DNA of 31,035 nucleotides from a virus: UHGV virus genome UHGV-0099061; one strand, 5' to 3'. Shown piece by piece: positions 24,495 to 31,035 of this stretch (position 1 is its first letter; each line of letters starts with the position of its first letter). The notes under the pieces were generated by a model. It saw only the letters and a program-made list of their open reading frames with translations, ran no database searches and was not told where the DNA came from. The position numbers and the translations under genes were made by a program.

Positions 24495-27400
24495 ATGAGT
24501 AGCGGCGGCGGCAAAGCCAAAACACCAACATTATTGAACGATAACCTGTATCACAAACAGTTTTATCGTGTTTTAGATATTCTCAGCGAAGGGCCGATAT
24601 ACGGTCCGGTAAACCAGAAAGCGCCATTGAATGACGTGATGCTTAATGACACTCCTGTTACTGACGCAAACGGGAATACATCAATTCCGGGGATTAGTAT
24701 AGCCTGGCGCAACGGCACGGCTGACCAATCGCCGATTAATGGTTTTAACGCCATTGAGTCAACCGTTATTGTCAACGCAAAGGTAACTCACGACACACCA
24801 ATAATCAGGACTGTTTCAGATCCAAACGTTACCCGCGTCAGGTTGAATCTTGGTGTTGATGCTCTCGTTCAGTCAGATGAAAAGGGCAATCAATATAATA
24901 CATCCGTCATGTTGATGGTTGATGTTAAACCGTCATCATCTTCTACGTGGTCGCTGATTAAAGACATACACATTGGCCCTGGTAAACAAAGCGGTGAATA
25001 CCTGGAAGCTCACATCATTAAAGCGCCGGATGAAAAACCGTTTGATATTCGCGTTCGTCGCATAACACCAGACAGCAACGGCGATCTATTGCGGAATGAT
25101 ACGCGGTGGAGTAGTTACAGCGAAATAATAGATGATAATCTGTCTTATCCTCATACCGCTGTAGCTGGCGCCGTAATTGACCATGATCAGTATACTGATA
25201 CGCCTACCCGCACCTATCACCTTCGCGGCCTGATTGTTGATGTGCCTGACAACTACAACCCTGAAACGCGCACATATTCAGGTTTATGGCTTGGTGGATT
25301 TAAAAAGGCGTATACCAATAACCCTGCATGGCTTTTCCGGTATCTGGTTAAAAACGAGCGCTTTGGACTTGCTCGACATGCTGGTTACATTGATGTTGAT
25401 GATGGCGCTTTGTACGTGCTTTCTCAATACTGCGATCAGTTGGTTGATGATGGCTATGGTGGCCTTGAACCTCGCATGACGCTTAACGCTTACATTACGG
25501 AGCAAATGAGCGCCCGCGACCTACTGGATAACATCGCAGGTATGTTCCGTGGTATCGCGTTATGGGACGGACAACGTCTTACCGTGATGATTGATGCGCC
25601 ACAAGATCCAATCGCCACCATCACAAATGCAAACGTCGTTGATGGCGCGTTTACTCGTTCAAGTATCGCACGCGCAGAATGCTACAACGCCGTGATCGTA
25701 TCCTGGACTGACCCTGAAAACGGCTGGGAGCAATCAAAAGAATATGTCGCAGATGATAAACTAATCGCCCGTGATGGTTATAACGAAACCACGTTGGAGG
25801 CGTTCGGTTGCACTTCACGCGGGCAAGCGCACCGCGCTGGTAAATGGCTGATCGAAACAGCGAAACGCGAGCCGTCAAAATTCACATTTAAAATGGCCCG
25901 TGACGCCATTCACTTTACGCCGGGGGATATAATCGAGATCCTCGATAATAATCGCGCAGGCGCTCGTTTAGGCGGTCGCATCGTGGCGAACAATGGCAGA
26001 GCGATCACGGTCGACAAGGTTGATTCTGAATATATCGCGGCTGGCGACACCATCAGCTTACTTGATAGCGATGGTAAATTTAAAAAACACCAGATCATCG
26101 GAGTTAACGGGAACATTATCACCCTTGCAGCCGCCCCGGCGTGGATTCGTAACGGCACTGTTTTTGCTGTATCAACCAACGCAGCAAAACCCGTTTTATG
26201 TCGAATCACCAGTGTAGCAGAAACAGAAAATAACAGCGTATACACCATCGAGGCCGCACAGCATGATCCACATAAGCAGGCCGTAGTCGATAATGGCGCA
26301 ATCTTCGAGATCAATAACGACACGCTTAATCACTTCCGCGTGCCGAACATTGAAAATCTGAAGGTGTTAAACGTTGGATCTGAAACGGTTCAATGTCGCG
26401 CAACATGGGAAACACAGACGACAACGCGTCGCCTGACCTTTGAGATTCGCGTGTATAACGCCGAAGGCGCTGTAGTTAAAAGCTACGAAACCACGAATTA
26501 CAGTTATGATTTTTATGGCATTGATGCTGGCAACTACTCATTAGGCATTCGTGGCAGAAATGACACGGGCATGAAGGGTGCGGAAAGCATTGTCGATCTG
26601 GTTATTGGCGCACCAGCGGCCCCAGTTGGCGTTAATTGGGTTCCCGGTGTATTCCAGGCTACAGTTTACCCGATCAGCAGAACAACGCTCACCACTGATA
26701 CCAGTTACGAGTTTTATTACTCAGGTGAAACGCAGATCACTGATCCGGCATCAATAACCACTAAAGCACAATATACCGGGCGTGGTCATCAGTGGACGTT
26801 TGGCGGCATGAATACAGGTCACACATATTACGTTTATGTGCGCGCGCGTAACGCTTTTGGTGTGTCTGACTTTGTGGAAGCGTCAGGTAAGCCAACAGAA
26901 AACTTTGATGAAATTACCGATTACGTCACCAAAGACGTAATGAATTCCAAACAATTTAAAGAAATGGTTGGTGACATTAAAGATCTAGGCGACCGCACTG
27001 ATCTTATCGAAAGCGCTACGAATGACCTTAAAACTGCTACTGACAACCTCAAAACTGCAACTGATAATCTGACCAACATAACTGACGATTTAAGGACTGA
27101 AACTGACAACCTAACCATAGAAACAGGATCAATAAAAGCTGATACTGATACGCTCAAAAAAGAAACGGAAGATCTTTATAAAAAAGTTAAGGAAAACGCC
27201 GATGATATTGGACAGCATGAGTCGAGAATCGACTCGCTGGAGGTGTCTAGCGAAAAAGTTGGCAGCGAACTGGCGCAAGCAAAAGCAAGTCTGCAAAACG
27301 CCTCACTTGCTCTTATTAATAACTCGCTTGCACAGACTAACACTCGCGTAACTCTTACCGCTCAGTACAAGAAAGGCAGGACAGAGACGAAAGCGGAAAT

Positions 27401-29465
27401 TGACCGCATTGACAACGTTATCGCTGAAGAGAAAAAAGCGACAGCGGAATCACTGGAAACCATCACGGCAGAAATGAATGTGATGGACACAAACCTTAAA
27501 GGTCAGATCTCTAATGTGCAACGCGCAGTAGCTGACGAGGCCAGCGCCCGCGCTGAAGCTATTAACGGTGTAAATGCCTCAATAAGCAATCTTGACAAGA
27601 AAACTGACGCCAGCGTAAACCGTCTTGATCAGGCAATTGCAGACGAAACAAGTGCGCGTACTCAGGCTATCAGCGACGTGAACGCAAGTATCTCAACACT
27701 TGACAAGAAAACTGACGCCAGCGTTAAGCGCCTCGATAATGCAATATCAGATGAAACGCAGGCAAGAAGCGACGCAATAACAGTGGTTAAAGCTGATTTA
27801 ACAACGCTTGAAAATAACACAAATGCCAGTGTTAGCCGTCTTGATCAAGCTATCGCTGATGAATCAAGCGCACGTGCTCAGGCGATATCAGGTATCAGCG
27901 CGACGCTTGGCGGCGTTAAAAGTGAGGTTGATAAAAACAGCGACGAGATAGATCAGGCGAAAGCAAGTCTGCAAAACGCATCTCTGGCGCTTATTAATAA
28001 CTCAATGGCGCAAAGCAAGATGAGCACTGTTATTGAGGCGAAATACAGGAAAGGACAAACAAAAACAAAAGCGGAAATAGCAAGGGTAGACACAGCAATC
28101 GCAGATGAGGCGAGCGCACGCGCAGAAGCTATTAGCAACGTTAACGCCAGCGTCAGTAGTCTTGAAAGCAAAACCGACGCGAGCGTTTCCCGTCTTGATA
28201 AAGCAATCGCAGATGAGGCGAGCGCACGCGCAGAAGCTATTAGCGGGGTTAATGCGTCAATTTCCACGCTCGATAGCAAGGTGACAAGCAACGTAACCAG
28301 GATGGATAAAGCGATCGCAGATGAGAAGAATGCACGCACTGACGCAATCAGCAGCCTTAACTCATCGCTTACCAGTACGATTAATTCGAAAGTATCCGAA
28401 GTGTCAACTGCACTTTCTACGCATGAAACATCAAGCGCGGAAAAATTTGGCCAGATCTCGGCATCTTTCGACGATGTAAACTCAAGCATCACGGAATGGT
28501 CACAGGCTATGGCAACGGCAGACGAGGCATTGTCAACCAGAATCGACCAGTTGAAAGTAACTATTAACGGAAACACAACGGCGATAGAAACGACATCAAA
28601 AGCACTGACTGACTTCAAAGGTAACGTTGATGCGTCATATTCAATTAAGATTGCCACTGATAAAAACGGTATGAAATACGCTACAGGAATGTCGCTCGGC
28701 CTTACTGGTAGCGGGACTAACGTTCAATCGCAGTGTATTTTCCTCGTTGACCGTTTCGTGCTTATGACTGCGGCAGGTGGCTCCTATCAGACCCCGTTCT
28801 ATGTTACTAACGGTGCTTGCTACATCCGTGATGCGTGGATCAGAGACGCATCAATCACTACCGCGAAGATTGCGCAGCAAATTCAGTCAACCAACTATAA
28901 AGCTGGTTCGGCTGGCTGGATGCTAAATAAAAACGGCAATGCGGAGTTCAACAACGTCACTGTACGCGGTACGGTGTACGCAACATCTGGTAAATTCACT
29001 GGTGAGATTCAGGCCACAAGCGGGAAGTTTAAAGGTACAGTAGAGGCAAAGTCATTTGTCGGTGACGTTGCTAACATGGGGGTTGGTCCAGATCGAGTGC
29101 TTGGGCATAACGGAAGTTATAGCGCAACCATCACATATAAAGACAGCACGGATAATGCATTGACGAAATCAGTTATGCTTATGGCGACTATTTCATTAAT
29201 GTCTGGTGAATATAGATCCACTTATAACGTAACGTTTAGTTGCGGAGATAAAAACAAAACAATTTCATATTACGTGCCTTATGGTGGATGCACATTAACA
29301 GTGCAATGCGCTTTTTCTGGTTTAAAAGCATCAGATATTATCGGGAAAATATATTGTCCTCAAACATCATCATCTGAAGGATACGCATATTGTACCGCGT
29401 TGTATTCTCCAACAATGATAGTAGCAAGAGGCACCGGATCATTTAGAACATCAACGACAGCATAA
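24495..29465 (+). CDS. tail tip / host specificity protein (lambda J-like), 1656 aa
   Basis: AGGAGAAA SD; long colinear resemblance to lambda J over the N-terminal ~800 aa as recalled (..NYNPETRTYSG.W.G.FK.AYTNNPAW.., ..GCTSRGQAHRAGKWL..); central tandem repeat region; divergent C-terminal domain. Confidence 0.9.
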   Translation: MSSGGGKAKTPTLLNDNLYHKQFYRVLDILSEGPIYGPVNQKAPLNDVMLNDTPVTDANGNTSIPGISIAWRNGTADQSPINGFNAIESTVIVNAKVTHDTPIIRTVSDPNVTRVRLNLGVDALVQSDEKGNQYNTSVMLMVDVKPSSSSTWSLIKDIHIGPGKQSGEYLEAHIIKAPDEKPFDIRVRRITPDSNGDLLRNDTRWSSYSEIIDDNLSYPHTAVAGAVIDHDQYTDTPTRTYHLRGLIVDVPDNYNPETRTYSGLWLGGFKKAYTNNPAWLFRYLVKNERFGLARHAGYIDVDDGALYVLSQYCDQLVDDGYGGLEPRMTLNAYITEQMSARDLLDNIAGMFRGIALWDGQRLTVMIDAPQDPIATITNANVVDGAFTRSSIARAECYNAVIVSWTDPENGWEQSKEYVADDKLIARDGYNETTLEAFGCTSRGQAHRAGKWLIETAKREPSKFTFKMARDAIHFTPGDIIEILDNNRAGARLGGRIVANNGRAITVDKVDSEYIAAGDTISLLDSDGKFKKHQIIGVNGNIITLAAAPAWIRNGTVFAVSTNAAKPVLCRITSVAETENNSVYTIEAAQHDPHKQAVVDNGAIFEINNDTLNHFRVPNIENLKVLNVGSETVQCRATWETQTTTRRLTFEIRVYNAEGAVVKSYETTNYSYDFYGIDAGNYSLGIRGRNDTGMKGAESIVDLVIGAPAAPVGVNWVPGVFQATVYPISRTTLTTDTSYEFYYSGETQITDPASITTKAQYTGRGHQWTFGGMNTGHTYYVYVRARNAFGVSDFVEASGKPTENFDEITDYVTKDVMNSKQFKEMVGDIKDLGDRTDLIESATNDLKTATDNLKTATDNLTNITDDLRTETDNLTIETGSIKADTDTLKKETEDLYKKVKENADDIGQHESRIDSLEVSSEKVGSELAQAKASLQNASLALINNSLAQTNTRVTLTAQYKKGRTETKAEIDRIDNVIAEEKKATAESLETITAEMNVMDTNLKGQISNVQRAVADEASARAEAINGVNASISNLDKKTDASVNRLDQAIADETSARTQAISDVNASISTLDKKTDASVKRLDNAISDETQARSDAITVVKADLTTLENNTNASVSRLDQAIADESSARAQAISGISATLGGVKSEVDKNSDEIDQAKASLQNASLALINNSMAQSKMSTVIEAKYRKGQTKTKAEIARVDTAIADEASARAEAISNVNASVSSLESKTDASVSRLDKAIADEASARAEAISGVNASISTLDSKVTSNVTRMDKAIADEKNARTDAISSLNSSLTSTINSKVSEVSTALSTHETSSAEKFGQISASFDDVNSSITEWSQAMATADEALSTRIDQLKVTINGNTTAIETTSKALTDFKGNVDASYSIKIATDKNGMKYATGMSLGLTGSGTNVQSQCIFLVDRFVLMTAAGGSYQTPFYVTNGACYIRDAWIRDASITTAKIAQQIQSTNYKAGSAGWMLNKNGNAEFNNVTVRGTVYATSGKFTGEIQATSGKFKGTVEAKSFVGDVANMGVGPDRVLGHNGSYSATITYKDSTDNALTKSVMLMATISLMSGEYRSTYNVTFSCGDKNKTISYYVPYGGCTLTVQCAFSGLKASDIIGKIYCPQTSSSEGYAYCTALYSPTMIVARGTGSFRTSTTA
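27022..27129 (+). repeat. tandem 21-bp (7-aa, LKTATDN-type) repeats inside J-like gene
   Basis: About 4-5 consecutive in-frame 21-nt units read directly. Confidence 0.6.
27276..28420 (+). repeat. segmental duplication plus two blocks of tandem 108-bp (36-aa) repeats inside J-like gene
   Basis: Units begin at 27525, 27633, 27741, 27849 and 28095, 28203, 28311 (exact 108-nt phase); 42-bp perfect repeat 28095-28136 = 28203-28244; ~145-bp duplicated segment 27276-27420 vs 27954-28100. Confidence 0.8.
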
Positions 29466-29466
29466 A

Positions 29467-29494
29467 AAACGGGGCATAAGCCCCGTTTTTTTTT
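29467..29494. terminator. bidirectional rho-independent terminator after J-like gene
   Basis: Stem ACGGGGC / GCCCCGT with ATAA loop, flanked by A-run upstream and T9 downstream. Confidence 0.7.
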
Positions 29495-29505
29495 ATGCAT
29501 TGTTT

Positions 29506-29751
29506 TTATTTTTTACACCCATCATTTACACCAGAAAAATGGATAGGTAAATTACATTCACTGTCAATAATTTTACCTTGTAGTTGTTTTTCTTTCCATG
29601 AGTCAGTATTGAAATAACTCGAACGTTGGTTATCAAGGCCAGTATCACCATATTGAGCAGTGCCAGCATCACTCTTATCTGTCGAATTTACAGAAGCAAA
29701 AGCACCAAAAGACAGAGCTGATAAGATGCAAGCAACAATTAGTTTTTTCAT
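29506..29751 (-). CDS. small secreted protein (81 aa) with cleavable signal peptide
   Basis: AAGGTGA SD 5 nt upstream of ATG 29751 (track ORF extends to 29808); N-terminus MKKLIVACILSALSFGAFA; two Cys in mature part; convergent with J-like gene. Confidence 0.5.
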   Translation of the reverse strand: MKKLIVACILSALSFGAFASVNSTDKSDAGTAQYGDTGLDNQRSSYFNTDSWKEKQLQGKIIDSECNLPIHFSGVNDGCKK

Positions 29752-29948
29752 TGTATTCACCTTACTGTTTGTTTTACTGTCATTTGTTGTTCGTGATGAT
29801 CCACCCATCCGATGAGCAAATCACCGCAGAAGCTATCATTTCGTATGTTGATATAGATCAAAAAATACATTATGTATAAGCCCAAAGTGTAACACAGATC
29901 ACAAAATGGTAGAATTGTTTAGTTAATTAACAAAACGGAGTTATTGCG

Positions 29949-31035
29949 ATGATTTACACAACAGGCACTATAGCTGTTAGCGGAAACACAGTTACCGGGG
30001 CAGGGACTGAATTCAACGCCGCATTATCTCTGATCAGAGTGGGTTGCACTCTTATTGCCATTAGCGATCCGGTGCAGATTTTTTCAATCACAAAGGTAAA
30101 AAGCGCAACAAGTTTGTCGGTAACTCCTGCGGCAAGTCCGGCTATTCCGGCTGGAACTAAATTTAGCATCCTGCTTTCAGATTCGATCTCTGTGGATGGT
30201 CTTGCTCAGGATGTTGCCGAAACACTGCGTTACTACCAGGGCAAAGAATCAGAAATAGCTGACGCTGTGGAGTTTTTCAGCGACAACAAAGATGTGATTT
30301 CAGCATCAAAATTAGCATTAGCATCAGCTACCACTGCAACCAATGCGGCAACAACAGCGACAAGCGCCGCCGATTCAGCTAAGACATACAGAGACGAAGC
30401 CCACGAATACGCCAATCAGACCGCACAGCCTTACGCGTATGTTTTGCAACCGCTGCCGGACGTATGGATACCGTTTAACGATTCTCTCGATATGATCACG
30501 GGCTACGGCCCTGGTACTAAAAAAGTAACCATTAATGGGGAAGAAAAAACAATATCATCAGATAAAGTTGTTTCTTTCTCACGCGCAAGCACTGCTACTT
30601 ACATTAACAAATCAGGTGTTTTAACTGTGGCTGGTATTAATGAGCCACGTTTTGAACGCGAAGGATTACTGATTGAGGGGACGCGCACAAACCTGTTAAT
30701 AAACAGTACAGACCCTTCGAAGTGGAATAAGTCAACTTCACTGGACGTTACAGAAACAGGCACAGATAGTTTTGGGTTTAATTATGGCCAGTTTGTCGTA
30801 CAGGATTCGATTGTTGGTACAAGTAAAGCGCATACCATTATCGGACTGTATTCGAGTGCCGGAGGGGTTGATACTTCAGGGGGCGAAAAGCATGTAACTA
30901 TATCCTGTCGGGTAAAAAGTGAAGTTGATAATATCGCCGTTCGTATTTTATTTGAACATTATGATGGGGAGGTAAGGACATCAATAGGAGCCTGCTCAAA
31001 TATGATTTTCTTCAATAACTCTTTCATGTTCAAAC
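29949..31035 (+). CDS. tail fibre protein, 5' partial (open to window end)
   Basis: Found by reading; ACGGAG SD before ATG 29949; no stop through 31035 (362 codons); Ala/Thr/Ser-rich low-complexity stretch; position downstream of J-like gene. Confidence 0.55.
   Translation, partial: MIYTTGTIAVSGNTVTGAGTEFNAALSLIRVGCTLIAISDPVQIFSITKVKSATSLSVTPAASPAIPAGTKFSILLSDSISVDGLAQDVAETLRYYQGKESEIADAVEFFSDNKDVISASKLALASATTATNAATTATSAADSAKTYRDEAHEYANQTAQPYAYVLQPLPDVWIPFNDSLDMITGYGPGTKKVTINGEEKTISSDKVVSFSRASTATYINKSGVLTVAGINEPRFEREGLLIEGTRTNLLINSTDPSKWNKSTSLDVTETGTDSFGFNYGQFVVQDSIVGTSKAHTIIGLYSSAGGVDTSGGEKHVTISCRVKSEVDNIAVRILFEHYDGEVRTSIGACSNMIFFNNSFMFK

Noticed and set aside
27953-28657. 234-aa minus-strand ORF inside the J-like gene
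   Set aside because: Antisense to a strongly supported gene within its tandem-repeat region; low-complexity Ala/Ser/Leu product; no ribosome-binding site. Repeat-generated artefact.
1-31035. Prophage or lysogeny features, CRISPR arrays, rRNA and tRNA genes
   Set aside because: No integrase-, repressor- or att-like features, no spacer-repeat periodicity and no rRNA-like sequence seen. A tRNA cannot be excluded without a covariance scan, but no cloverleaf-like candidate stood out in intergenic regions.

Overview
The window reads as one contiguous ~31 kb piece of a tailed (siphovirus-type) phage genome, with nearly all genes on the + strand. All protein similarities are from reading and recall only; no database search was run. 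In order: (1) 1-3.8 kb, a dense block of ~15 small early-type ORFs, including a tandem array of paralogous 65-85 aa proteins; (2) 3.86-5.0 kb, a lysis cassette of pinholin-like holin, SAR endolysin (E-x8-D-x5-T triad) and Rz with embedded Rz1 lipoprotein; (3) 5.3-6.5 kb, a protein with an HExxH motif followed by eight tiled 22-34 codon hydrophobic mini-ORFs; (4) 6.5-13.7 kb, packaging and head genes (small and large terminase, portal, Mu F-like head morphogenesis protein, scaffold-like, decoration-like, major capsid); (5) 13.7-29.5 kb, the tail module with tape measure and a lambda-like M-L-K-I-J tip, J being 1656 aa with internal tandem repeats; (6) 29.9 kb to the end, the 5' part of a tail fibre gene. 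The gene order resembles T1-like coliphages, but I cannot confirm this. The tail module is interrupted by reverse-strand accessory cassettes: two lipoprotein genes before the tape measure gene, a two-gene cassette after it, a three-gene cassette plus one forward small gene between M and L, and a secreted-protein gene after J. Intergenic regions around these cassettes share a recurring CCATTTTGT promoter-like motif, twice as perfect palindromes. I saw no integrase, repressor, CRISPR array, rRNA or obvious tRNA. The strongest candidates for something undescribed are the mini-ORF array and the reverse-strand cassettes; their functions are unassigned.
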